From Silvanigrellaceae bacterium (GTDB lineage: Bacteria > Bdellovibrionota_B > Oligoflexia > Silvanigrellales > Silvanigrellaceae): a stretch of DNA of 64,000 nucleotides. Shown piece after piece: positions 39,388 through 49,079 of the stretch (its first letter is position 1; each line of letters opens with the position of its first letter). A program made the translations under genes and the position numbers. The notes under the pieces were generated by a model that did no database searches, was not told the origin of the DNA, and worked only from the letters and a program-made list of their open reading frames with translations. The stretch lies in contig JBIIEI010000012.1 of assembly GCA_044237915.1 (NCBI GenBank), positions 15,360 to 79,359 of the forward strand, read 5' to 3'.

Positions 39388-40789
39388 TTCTCGCAAAGTT
39401 CCTGCCGTGCCTGCGCTCGTCAAAAAGCAACTGCCCGGCCGCTGGAATCACCTGTATCGCTTGTGGGAACAGGCGATGTCCTTAGAATCCCTTCCGCAAT
39501 TCGATCGCTGGATCGCGGAAGAATTTAAGCGTCATACAAAGTTTGGCAGCAAAGATCGCAAATGGTACAGCGAAGTTTTATTCGCTGGGGTCCGATTTGG
39601 AGCCTTTGCTCTTTTTTGTGAACTGATGCTGCAATTGAAAAAGAACGAAGGGGCACTTTCACCTGACGCCCTTTTTCTGCGCGCAAAAAAGCAGTTTATT
39701 GAAACTTATTCCGATGGTCCTCAGCTCGTCAAAGCTTGGAAAACCATTCCGAGCGAGCGTTTTTTTCAGTGGATCTCGCTGCGCTACGGAGCTGAGTCTG
39801 ATGCTATTTCTGGTGATGAATTCACTCACGAAACAAAATCAGATGTGCAAAACATTTTTGATGACGTCAAATCCCTTTGCTTAAGCAATGAAGCTGCGCT
39901 TTTCTCGAAACTGATCTGGACCGGAGTTCCACCTTGGTTTGAGTCGTTTTTGCAGAGTAGACAACAGCAAGACCATTGGAAAACTGAAAAAGTCACCGAA
40001 TTTTTGCGCAAGCAAAACTTTCGCCCCCCGTTGTGGCTCAGACTCAATCACGACGAAAAAAAAGCAGATGTGATCTCTGAACTTTCCAGGGAAGCTTTTG
40101 AAGTTCAAGACTTTGGTGCTGCCTTAAAGGCTATTGGCGCCAAAGGCATTTTTGCAACAGCGTCGTACCGCGATGGTTTTTTTGAAATTCAAGACCTCGC
40201 AAGTCAAAAAATCGGCGCAGCCGTACTTACAAAACCTGGACAACTCGTGTGGGATTGTTGCGCAGGGGGTGGCGGTAAAACCATTCAAATTGCAGCAGCT
40301 CTGCGAAACAAAGGCGCTGTTTATGCCTCGGACATCCGCGAATATAAGCTCGATGAAGTGCGCAAACGTGCGCGCCGTGCAGGCTTTCACAACGTGCGCT
40401 GCATGCCTTGGGATGGCGAAAATTTTCCAGCATTTCCCATTGAAGTGACAAACCGCAGTGGGTTTGATTGGGTTTTGGTCGATGCTCCGTGCACCTCTTC
40501 TGGAACGTGGCGCCGCAACCCCGATGCCAAATACAGGGTTGAACAATCGAGCTTGCAAAATTTAACCACTTTGCAAAGCTCACTGCTTGCCAAAGCTTCA
40601 AAAATGGTGCGCCCCGGTGGACACCTTGTTTACTCGACGTGCAGTTGGCTTGTTGAAGAAAACGAAGCGGTGATTCAAAATTTCATTGCGCAAAGCAAAG
40701 GAAGCTTTGAACTGCGACAAGCAAATCTTTATGGCAATCCCGAAGACGACGCCGACACCATGTTTGCAGCCATCTTGGTCCGCACATAA
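39371..40789 (+). CDS. RsmB/Sun-family SAM-dependent rRNA (cytosine-C5) methyltransferase
   Basis: DCCAGGGGKT SAM motif; DAPCTSSGTWRRNPD and LVYSTCS catalytic motifs; ATG 39371 overlaps the der stop. The ORF track opens earlier at 39185 out of frame with der. Confidence 0.8.
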   Translation: MTSPIDSRKVPAVPALVKKQLPGRWNHLYRLWEQAMSLESLPQFDRWIAEEFKRHTKFGSKDRKWYSEVLFAGVRFGAFALFCELMLQLKKNEGALSPDALFLRAKKQFIETYSDGPQLVKAWKTIPSERFFQWISLRYGAESDAISGDEFTHETKSDVQNIFDDVKSLCLSNEAALFSKLIWTGVPPWFESFLQSRQQQDHWKTEKVTEFLRKQNFRPPLWLRLNHDEKKADVISELSREAFEVQDFGAALKAIGAKGIFATASYRDGFFEIQDLASQKIGAAVLTKPGQLVWDCCAGGGGKTIQIAAALRNKGAVYASDIREYKLDEVRKRARRAGFHNVRCMPWDGENFPAFPIEVTNRSGFDWVLVDAPCTSSGTWRRNPDAKYRVEQSSLQNLTTLQSSLLAKASKMVRPGGHLVYSTCSWLVEENEAVIQNFIAQSKGSFELRQANLYGNPEDDADTMFAAILVRT

Positions 40790-40796
40790 AATAAGC

Positions 40797-41609
40797 TCAC
40801 ATGGTCATTCCGCCATCCACGGCAATGGTTTGCCCCGTCATGTAATCAGACGCTTTCGAAGCCAGAAAAACCGCCATTTTTGCAATTTCAATAGGGTCGC
40901 CGAGCTTTTCCATGGGGATCTGCTTTAACACCGACTCCATTAATTTTTCACCATGGGCTGCCGTCATATCTGTTGAGATATATCCAGGCGCTATGGTGTT
41001 TACTTGTACATTGCGCGTCGCAAATTCCCGCGCCAAACTCTTCGAGAGTCCAAACAACCCCGACTTACTGGCGGCATAGGCAGCCTGCCCCGAGTTTCCA
41101 ATCAGGCCAATCACCGAAGAAATATTGATAATCTTACCAGATTTTCTGCGAAACATCCCTGTCACTGCCGCACGTGAACAATTAAATGCCCCCTTGAGGT
41201 TGGTGTCGATGTTGGCATCCCACTCTTCTTCCTTCATCCGCACAAAAAGATTGTCCTTCGAAACACCCGCATTGTTCACCAGAATATCGATGGGCCCGAT
41301 GTCTTTCTCTATACTTTTGACAGCGTCTTGCACTTCTGCAAACAAGCTCACATTAAACTGGACCGCGAATCCGCGCCCGCCCGCTCTTTCAATGGCTGCA
41401 ACGGTTTCTTTTGCCGCAGCTTCATTGCCTGCGTAATTGACAATGACCTTGGCCCCCAGAGACCCATAGGCAAGGGCAATGGCCCGTCCAATCCCCCGTG
41501 ATCCTCCTGTGACCAAGGCCACTTTATCTTTGAGCAGGGTCGGGGAATAGATTTCGCGCATGAGAAGGGGGAGCGCATCTGCTCCTACATTTTCCGTGTG
41601 TTTTTCCAT
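40797..41609 (-). CDS. fabG: 3-oxoacyl-[ACP] reductase (SDR family)
   Basis: VALVTGGSRGIGRAIA; NNAG; catalytic YAASK; ATG 41609 with GGAG RBS. Confidence 0.8.
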   Translation of the reverse strand: MEKHTENVGADALPLLMREIYSPTLLKDKVALVTGGSRGIGRAIALAYGSLGAKVIVNYAGNEAAAKETVAAIERAGGRGFAVQFNVSLFAEVQDAVKSIEKDIGPIDILVNNAGVSKDNLFVRMKEEEWDANIDTNLKGAFNCSRAAVTGMFRRKSGKIINISSVIGLIGNSGQAAYAASKSGLFGLSKSLAREFATRNVQVNTIAPGYISTDMTAAHGEKLMESVLKQIPMEKLGDPIEIAKMAVFLASKASDYMTGQTIAVDGGMTM

Positions 41610-41728
41610 TCGTAGTCTCCTTTGGATGTGACCCGACATTTCTATATCAACGGGTTCAAAAAGACACGAACACAACACCCTTCAAAAACTTGAGTCTTCG
41701 GAAAGTTTGGGCTATGGATGGCTACTCA

Positions 41729-41815
41729 GCTCACGTGGCGAAATAGGTAGACGCACGGGACTTAAAATCCCGTGGGGGCAACCCCGTGCCGGTTCGATTC
41801 CGGCCGTGAGCACCA
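41729..41815 (+). tRNA. tRNA-Leu (anticodon UAA)
   Basis: 87-nt type II tRNA: acceptor GCTCACG/CGTGAGC, D-arm GCGAAATAGGTAGACGC, anticodon loop CTTAAAA, long variable arm, T-arm GGTTCGATTCC, 3' CCA encoded. Confidence 0.85.
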
Positions 41816-42044
41816 TCTTTTTTTGAAATTCTTTTTTCTTTGTCGATTAAATAATCAAACTATTTGAAGCACGCTTAGCTTTTTACAATTCTAAACTGAT
41901 GCGTAACACTTAATCAGTAGCATCGACAATATTACATCTTATTTTCAATAAAAAATGAGGGCGTGGTTGCTTTAATACTATTTGCGTATGCACAAAGTGT
42001 TTGAAACATGCAAATCATTCCCCAAAAACGAGGGACCGCACGCC

Positions 42045-42335
42045 TCATTTGAGAAACTCCTTCTTGTAACACCTACGATACTCTTCAATGGAAAGCTGCT
42101 TCATTCCAAGTTCCAGAAGTGCTAAAGCGCGTGATTCCTTACTAACATGCATCATCTTTTGTGCACATGCAGGTGAGGAATCTCCACTGAATTCGCCTAA
42201 AAGAAGCGTTTTATCGAAGCCTTTTTTTTCCGCCAAATTTGGTGACGGATCTCTGCTTTTACTGCCACCATCACATGCCAGAATCACAAATACAATTGAA
42301 ACAGAAAGTAGTGATTTAAAAATGGATTGACACAT
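42045..42335 (-). CDS. Small hypothetical lipoprotein
   Basis: Signal peptide with lipobox (VILACDG); ~96 aa. Confidence 0.4.
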   Translation of the reverse strand: MCQSIFKSLLSVSIVFVILACDGGSKSRDPSPNLAEKKGFDKTLLLGEFSGDSSPACAQKMMHVSKESRALALLELGMKQLSIEEYRRCYKKEFLK

Positions 42336-42930
42336 CGCGAGCCTCACGTGTGCTTGGAGGGATTTCGAACGCTCCCATGGGAGCTTCTGGAACTATGGTA
42401 AGTCTGCCTGTGCTGTCCTCTCGGAAAAGAAGTCCTAATGCTTTTTGGATAAACTCAAGCCGCTTGTTACTTTCCAACTTTTGAATCTCAGCCGAGACAC
42501 CAATTGTTTTACTGACAGAGAGCCCTAAAAGTAACACGGCTTCATCGGGCTCAAATCCTTCGTTCAATGGTGCAACCTGTTTCAGACTGGAATGCATTGA
42601 ACTCCAAAGAAGCTGGACTGCCATACCCAGAGATTCAACGGAAAGTTGAAGCGAGAGATCGCGTTTTACTAATCTTCCTCCTTTTGCCTTTTCCTGGAGA
42701 CTTGAAAGTGTCAAATCAGGGCTGGCCCCAGTGATGACAAAGTGAAACTTACAAAGATTACTCTCTGCACCTGAAATACTTCTTCCCGACAAATCAAGTT
42801 CTCGCGTTACAAAACGAAGGTTTGGTTCGCTTATGATACATGACTGAGTTGGACTGGCCTTAATGCTGTAAGGACGTATATTTTTTCCCTTCCAGAGGGC
42901 GTTGAGTTTTTCTGGAACAGGAATCACCAT
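42316..42930 (-). CDS. Hypothetical protein
   Basis: 204-aa ORF with no motifs; start uncertain. Confidence 0.35.
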   Translation of the reverse strand: MVIPVPEKLNALWKGKNIRPYSIKASPTQSCIISEPNLRFVTRELDLSGRSISGAESNLCKFHFVITGASPDLTLSSLQEKAKGGRLVKRDLSLQLSVESLGMAVQLLWSSMHSSLKQVAPLNEGFEPDEAVLLLGLSVSKTIGVSAEIQKLESNKRLEFIQKALGLLFREDSTGRLTIVPEAPMGAFEIPPSTREARDVSIHF

Positions 42931-43153
42931 TTCTTTAAAGCGTAAAACTGCTGAATACCTTGCAATCCGCGGATCTGCAGGCTCGTAAGGGGAAACGACA
43001 ATTTCTGTCTTGGGAAGATAGAAAATAACATCAGGATTAAAACTATCGTTAGGTTCCCAAAAATAAGCAGAATCTGTTTCAATGAAATCTTTCGCTTGAG
43101 TAGAATTGGAGGAGAAAGAAACCGTTGGAGCGAGAAGAGAACATCAGCGTTGC

Positions 43154-45502
43154 CTATGATTGTGATTTTTGAAGAGCGTCTTTAAGAACCTTCAGGAAAT
43201 GGATTCTACTCATGGGTTTGGGCACAACCGTATTTGCCCCTTCGTCAAATGCAGGTCTTAAATCTTCGGATGGGAATCTGTTACTGTGGATACAAATAAT
43301 TCCTGTGTATCCGCTTTCGCGCAGTTGCGTCTGCGTTTCGACTCCATTCAATGAATGGGGCCCCAGGTCGAAATCTAATATCACGAGAATGGGACGACAC
43401 TCTAACACTTGAGTCGTGCATTCCGCCGACGTTTGAGCTTCTACCACTTCAAAATATTCTGATAATAATTCAGATCGGGTGACAAGCGATTTCAGCGCTT
43501 TTCGGTACAACGACTCATCATCTGTAACAACAATTCTATGCTTCTTTGAGAGACCCTGACAAAGTGCGAAAATTTCATCTTCAATCGTCAGCTCAATTTG
43601 AGTTGTTTCAAGAATATTCTCGTCACTCTGAGGTTTTTTTCGCAATGCTTTAGATGCAGACAAAATCTCAGAACTGTTGGAAAGAATGAGCGCATTATTT
43701 AATTCCACGACCTTTTCGCTTGCATTCAAAGTAAAACTGAACTCAACAAATCCATTCAACTGACTTTCATTTTTCTCAGACCGGCACCAAATTTTGCCAC
43801 CATGAGCTTCGATGATCTTCTTTGAAATTGCGAGCCCAAGCCCTGTTCCACCTTTTTTCCCAGAGGTAAAAAAAGCATCAAATATTTGCGCAATATTCTC
43901 AGGCTCAATAAAACTTCCTTCGTTGCGTACTGAAAACTTTACTTGAGGTCTCTTTTCCTCATCAAAGTCTGTAATTTTTATCCAAATTTTTCCTCGAAAT
44001 TTCATGGCTTGAATTGCATTTGTAAGAATATTTGCGACCACTCGTCCCATCTTAGAATGATCTGCCCTCACTTCCCTTGTAAAAGAGAATTCGGAATCGA
44101 TGTCGACAACGCACTCAGGATATGCTTGAAAAACCTCAATAAGTGAACATTGAACCAAGTTTATGGGATTGGTAGATTTAAGATCGAGTTTCGTATCCGT
44201 GCCCACTTCCAAGACATCTTGAATCAGAAGATTGACTGTGTTCATTGAACGCAAAATATCGGGCATGGCGTCTTGCAACGTATTCTTTATTTCTGTTGGA
44301 TCTTCCATTTCCGCAACACAATCTGCAGTCATTTTAAACATGCTAAATGGCCTGCGGAGGTCGTGGGCAAGAGCTTGCATCACACTGGCCAAAACCGCCT
44401 GTTCTTTCAAAAAGACTTGTTCCTTTTCATAGGCGCGAAGTCGAATAAGTAAGCTCTCGAAAGCACGTGCGAGCGATGATATTTCGTCCACTCCATTTCC
44501 CAATCGAGAAAGATCGGGGTGTTCGCCACCTTTTGTTTTTGCAACCACAGCGCGGAGGCTGTTCATGCGCAATGAAAGGGTTCGAGCGAGCAAATAAGAG
44601 ATGACAAAACAAATCAGCGCACCTGCAGCAAATCCCGTAACAACGAAATTCTGCGTACTTTTTTCTAGCGCTTGCAGCTGTGACAACTGGGATTCAATCT
44701 GCAAATAATAAAAATAATTACCCTGAGCGTCCGCAAGATTCTTTACGCGGCATTCGCAACAATCTTTATGGATGGTGGGCACTTTCAGTGTCAAAACAAC
44801 GCTGCGTGCAGACCACACAAACCCCTCTTTTACATCCGTAAGACGCTCAGATTGCGCATCCGACTTTGCAAACTCGGTGCGCGAAAGCTTACCCAAGAGA
44901 TCTCCACTTGCCGTGAAAAACCCAATGCGCGCAACGTCTTTTCGGCTCTCGAGGGTGCTTGCAAGTAAAGAGCTAATATAAGAAAGATGCTGCCCTATCT
45001 CAACAAGATGTGTTCCCTCTTGGTGCCTGGCTAAAAAAAACATGTACGGAGTTCTATCTGGATGCGAAATAATGACGGGAGTTGATTCTATTTTTTGAGG
45101 ATTCTGAAACAGATCTCGATAACCTGGGCAGAAATCAAAAAGCGTTTTGTCGTTTTGAGGCACTTCTGTGGGGCCGGTATCGTGTTGAAATACACCATTT
45201 TTGCCAATTACTGCCAAATAAGAGAGTCCAAACAACTCCGAGAGCGCTTTAAGCGTCGGCTTTCGCAAACTGTCGATTGGCAAGGTGCGGACGTGCTTTA
45301 ACGTTCGTTCTGCACGCACCTTGTGCTCGCGCTCCATCATCTGAAATGATTGCGATACGAGCTCAGAGTAATCTTTCAAGGAAGTCGCATAATTTGCTTT
45401 TACGCCCTGCAATCCCATCTCAAGAAAATAAAGTGACATCACCGATAGAATGGCAAGGAGGGAAAAGAGCATGGCTAAAAAGAGCTTAAGCCGGAATTGC
45501 AT
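43154..45502 (-). CDS. Hybrid sensor histidine kinase with C-terminal receiver domain
   Basis: ATG 45502 with AGGTGA RBS; two TM helices flanking a periplasmic sensor region; HisKA H-box (LAHDLRRP); HATPase_c (GGTGLGLAISKKIIEAHGG); C-terminal REC domain (IVVTDDE…ILDFDLG). Confidence 0.8.
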   Translation of the reverse strand: MQFRLKLFLAMLFSLLAILSVMSLYFLEMGLQGVKANYATSLKDYSELVSQSFQMMEREHKVRAERTLKHVRTLPIDSLRKPTLKALSELFGLSYLAVIGKNGVFQHDTGPTEVPQNDKTLFDFCPGYRDLFQNPQKIESTPVIISHPDRTPYMFFLARHQEGTHLVEIGQHLSYISSLLASTLESRKDVARIGFFTASGDLLGKLSRTEFAKSDAQSERLTDVKEGFVWSARSVVLTLKVPTIHKDCCECRVKNLADAQGNYFYYLQIESQLSQLQALEKSTQNFVVTGFAAGALICFVISYLLARTLSLRMNSLRAVVAKTKGGEHPDLSRLGNGVDEISSLARAFESLLIRLRAYEKEQVFLKEQAVLASVMQALAHDLRRPFSMFKMTADCVAEMEDPTEIKNTLQDAMPDILRSMNTVNLLIQDVLEVGTDTKLDLKSTNPINLVQCSLIEVFQAYPECVVDIDSEFSFTREVRADHSKMGRVVANILTNAIQAMKFRGKIWIKITDFDEEKRPQVKFSVRNEGSFIEPENIAQIFDAFFTSGKKGGTGLGLAISKKIIEAHGGKIWCRSEKNESQLNGFVEFSFTLNASEKVVELNNALILSNSSEILSASKALRKKPQSDENILETTQIELTIEDEIFALCQGLSKKHRIVVTDDESLYRKALKSLVTRSELLSEYFEVVEAQTSAECTTQVLECRPILVILDFDLGPHSLNGVETQTQLRESGYTGIICIHSNRFPSEDLRPAFDEGANTVVPKPMSRIHFLKVLKDALQKSQS

Positions 45503-45772
45503 GAACTTCTCACCTTTCGACACTTCACAAATGTTCAATCACTTACTTCTACTTGGCTGGGCCGCCAGTCGAAACTCTTTTTCGTGTACTCTTTGTTACC
45601 TCATCCTGCAAATTAAATCGACACTGCTCTTCTCAAGTGCTTGAAAGTGCTCTCACCCGTTAACGCAGCATGATATTCGGATCTGTTACATCAGGGCACG
45701 GATCTGAATGGTTTAAAGCTTGTTCGGAACCTGAAATTTTTCGGCAGGCTAAGAGAGAGATTTGAGCACAAG

Positions 45773-46552
45773 TTATTTAAAGATGCGTGAACGATCCGAA
45801 GAAAGGCTCAGGGTCGGTGCTTGCACTTGATTTTTGGCAACTTTACCAGACTTATCAAGCGCGACCAAAGTCCAGCCATCGTATCCCGAAATGTGACCTT
45901 TCACGACTTCAGCCTTATGATTGAGACGAAGTTCACACTTATTGAAATCTTTCACGCCGATCGCCAAGGGGCACAATGGCAAGGGAAAAGGAATTGTTCC
46001 GCCAAGTTCCACCTTGCCGAACTGAAGTGAAGTCACGTGAAGAGCAAATTCAGATTTCTCTAGCTGTCCTGTCTGGCCTTCGAAAAATACTTCGTCAGTC
46101 ACGGAGCCGTCGGAATGGACAGTAAAGACGTCTTTTTGCAGAATGCTTTTCTTTTCAAGGCGTTCACCAATGCCTAAAAAGCCTCCAACACCATACACAA
46201 AGTGCCCGATATGGTGCATAACAATTTGGTTCCCAATGCAAGCAAAATCTCGTTTTTTGAAGCTGGTACCAAGTTTAATGCGTTCATTAGAGGTGAGCCA
46301 AAAATTCGTGGGTAAAATGGGGCCTTTTTCTCGGACCCAAGTGGGGCCTTGCACAACATTGTATACTGAGCCAAGTCGGCTGCAGATTTCAGCTGTGGTA
46401 AGTCCCAAGGAAGGCTTGGAAACGCTTGAAGTGACCTGATTTGTTTCGGATCCTTCTCTAACGATTTCAGTTTCTGTCGCACCGCAGCCCACGAGTGACG
46501 CCACAATAAGAGACGACGAGATTATTTTAGAGGCGGTGTTTAAATATTGCAT
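45773..46552 (-). CDS. Hypothetical lipoprotein
   Basis: Signal peptide + lipobox (SLVGCGA); no motifs. Confidence 0.5.
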   Translation of the reverse strand: MQYLNTASKIISSSLIVASLVGCGATETEIVREGSETNQVTSSVSKPSLGLTTAEICSRLGSVYNVVQGPTWVREKGPILPTNFWLTSNERIKLGTSFKKRDFACIGNQIVMHHIGHFVYGVGGFLGIGERLEKKSILQKDVFTVHSDGSVTDEVFFEGQTGQLEKSEFALHVTSLQFGKVELGGTIPFPLPLCPLAIGVKDFNKCELRLNHKAEVVKGHISGYDGWTLVALDKSGKVAKNQVQAPTLSLSSDRSRIFK

Positions 46553-46631
46553 AAAACTCCTTTAATGAAGCGCATAAGCTTCGCGCTTCCGAATTTGAAT
46601 AGAAACTTATAATAAAATATTTTTATTTTTT

Positions 46632-46651
46632 ATCATTGATTTATCAATGAT
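46632..46651. promoter_or_regulatory. Perfect 20-bp palindrome (ATCATTGAT-TT-ATCAATGAT), candidate operator
   Basis: 9-bp perfect inverted arms with 2-nt spacer, ~80 bp upstream of the lipoprotein gene start (46552) in a 640-bp AT-rich intergenic region. Confidence 0.35.
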
Positions 46652-47193
46652 ATCTCTAGTGACAATTACCATACCAAGGTAAGCGTATAGCATATTTGAA
46701 AGCGCCTGTGCAACTGATTTAATATTAAATATTGTTTGCATTGAGCTGTTTCACGTCCAGTTGATCGAAGAATATTTTCTTTTATTTCGTTAAGGGTTAC
46801 AAGAATCGTTGAAAGCGAACCCGTTCAGGATGCACATTCGCCAGATGATACAACCAGTGTTCTTCTGGAATCAATCCTTTTAAAAAGCATGGTTCCCACA
46901 GACTGGCGTCTTGTGTCTCCAAAATAACCCATGTCTAAGGAAATTGATGTATTATCATGCAGCAAAGACCCTCCGGTGCAGAGGAATCAATCGCCTCACT
47001 CTCTATAACATCTAAAAACTAATACATAATTTAAAGAAACAGCCGAAGAGATATTATGTGCGCATTTCCTAGACGCAGTTGTACTTAAACTGCAACTAAA
47101 AAACTCTCGATATTACATAGATTTACATTATTAATTTATAAAAAATCAAAAGACTCCGATAGGATTTATACAATCCACAATGCTGGAGTTTAT

Positions 47194-47844
47194 ATGAAAA
47201 AAGAGATTCTTGTTTTGATGACTGCTATTTGCTCATTCTTTATAGGATGTGGCAGTAAAAACGAAGAGAGTTCTGAAATTTCAGGCACGTCAAAGACAGT
47301 CATTGGTTTTTATGCGTTTGATGGAACTGGTGAAAATTTACGAAATAATGGCAGCGTTGTCGGCGAACTCTGGGAGGATATTAGGGGAGTCAAATACTAC
47401 TTCCCCGGTGTAAACCTTAATGCAAGCAATGCGGAATCGCGCGCGCAAGATGCAGTTGAAGTGATATGTGGGCACCGCGAAACGCGCGGCGTAAACACAA
47501 TTTTTATGACGGGTTATAGCCGGGGTTCCATTATTGCCATTGAAGTCGCACATCGCATTAAAGAACAATGTGGAGACGGATTAAACCTCCGTTGGATGGG
47601 AATAATTGACGCCGTAGACTTCAATATTGGGCACTTTTCAAGCAATGTTCCTGATGGGATGGCAGCGGTACATATCCGCAAAGAAAGGCAGGGTTTTGAA
47701 CCCCATACCAAACAAATCACCGGGAATCCGATGGCAAATTTGACTCTTAAAGTAGACCATGTCCATATCGGATATGAAAGGCAATCGTATACTTTTCTAA
47801 AAAATCACGCCCAAAAAATGGGTGCTAAAAATTGGATTCGTTAA
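47194..47844 (+). CDS. Miniature DUF2235 (Tle1-like alpha/beta-hydrolase) domain lipoprotein
   Basis: GGAG RBS; lipobox FIGCGS; N-terminal FDGTGEN (cf. DUF2235 vvcFDGTGN) and nucleophile-elbow-like GYSRGS (cf. GFSRGA); only 216 aa. Confidence 0.5.
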   Translation: MKKEILVLMTAICSFFIGCGSKNEESSEISGTSKTVIGFYAFDGTGENLRNNGSVVGELWEDIRGVKYYFPGVNLNASNAESRAQDAVEVICGHRETRGVNTIFMTGYSRGSIIAIEVAHRIKEQCGDGLNLRWMGIIDAVDFNIGHFSSNVPDGMAAVHIRKERQGFEPHTKQITGNPMANLTLKVDHVHIGYERQSYTFLKNHAQKMGAKNWIR

Positions 47845-48470
47845 CGTAACATTATCTCAGGCTTAGCATCAACTTTTAAACTAGGGCAAAGATCGCTTCT
47901 ATTCACTGCTTTAGATGCCACATCAAATACCGCTTTAAGGCTATTGACATACTCTTTTACTTGCTGCTCAGTATATGCTTTTTCGAAATTCTTGCTGTTC
48001 CCATGTACTGCTAAAAGCCGACCTCCAGCCGAAGACCTTTCGTCGTTCATAATTTTGATGCCGCGGTTTAAATAAGCGATTTCCTGTTTTTCAGATTCCA
48101 CCGAAGGTGAAAGTGCTTTCAATTTTTCTTTCACAAGGACTTCAGCCTGAGCAACGTTGATATATCCGTCAGAAAAAGATTTTGAAGCTTGACGCATCAG
48201 TTCTGGGTCTCTTCGCCCATCGAACATATTTGATTTCGCTTCGTACCAACACTGATTGTCTCCCTTTCCTTTTTCTGCGCCGACAAAGAATACGTAGTGA
48301 CGGATATTGCTCTTAAAAATGCGAAGCCAATGCGCAGAATAATTTCCATTCAAAGTCGACGCTTCCGAATCCGTTTCTTCCGCAGGACGCTTAGGGGCGC
48401 ATTGGACACTTAAAAAGAGCGCTGGAATCATAAGAAGAGAAAAAAATCGGCGGTTTAAAAACATGCACAC
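47841..48470 (-). CDS. Secreted hypothetical protein
   Basis: N-terminal signal peptide; 209 aa; no motifs; convergent with the DUF2235 gene, with a 4-nt TTAA stop/stop overlap. Confidence 0.45.
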   Translation of the reverse strand: MCMFLNRRFFSLLMIPALFLSVQCAPKRPAEETDSEASTLNGNYSAHWLRIFKSNIRHYVFFVGAEKGKGDNQCWYEAKSNMFDGRRDPELMRQASKSFSDGYINVAQAEVLVKEKLKALSPSVESEKQEIAYLNRGIKIMNDERSSAGGRLLAVHGNSKNFEKAYTEQQVKEYVNSLKAVFDVASKAVNRSDLCPSLKVDAKPEIMLR

Positions 48471-49079
48471 CTCAATATCGAAGACTTGTTAAAGAAACAA
48501 AAGCTCATAAAGCCTGATTGCATACCCAAAAGCAGCAAACGTGCCAAGTGTTTTCACGAAGTGTCGGTGAGTTACTAGAAAGCTTGATGCACAAGGAGTT
48601 TACACTTGACAAAAGATGAGCAGAAAATGCCGACTTGCGCTTAAAATCTTGAAAAGAAAAATGAAAGTGTACATTTTAGGAATTTTAAAGTGTCATAAAT
48701 TCCGTATTAAGAAGCAACCCTTGGAAATTACTTCAGCAAGTTTACCACAAATATTCATACCTACCATGTCCGCATTCCTGGAAAACCAACTCCAGAAGCA
48801 ACACTTGTCTCCCTCGTAAAATCTTCACCACGCGCCTTTCTTTTAGGTGACAGCTCCTCAGACCGCGAAGGGGCTCTGAAACTTCAGATTCCATTTCTGC
48901 AGGCGGCATGGGTTACAAAACAGGAAATGGGAACACCTACAGCCATGATTTGTGAAACTCCGTTTGATACCCTGCGCGATGCAATGGAATTAAAAAAAGA
49001 AGAGGAGCTTTCCTAATTCTGGAATTAGAATTAAGGTTACACCAAACATTATATTCTCTATTCCTCTGAGGAGGCTTCC

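Noticed and set aside
47841-47844. TTAA overlaps of convergent stop codons (also at 51122-51125) as a special signal
   Set aside because: Palindromic TTAA stop-stop overlaps arise trivially from TAA stops on both strands. They are noted only as compact gene packing.
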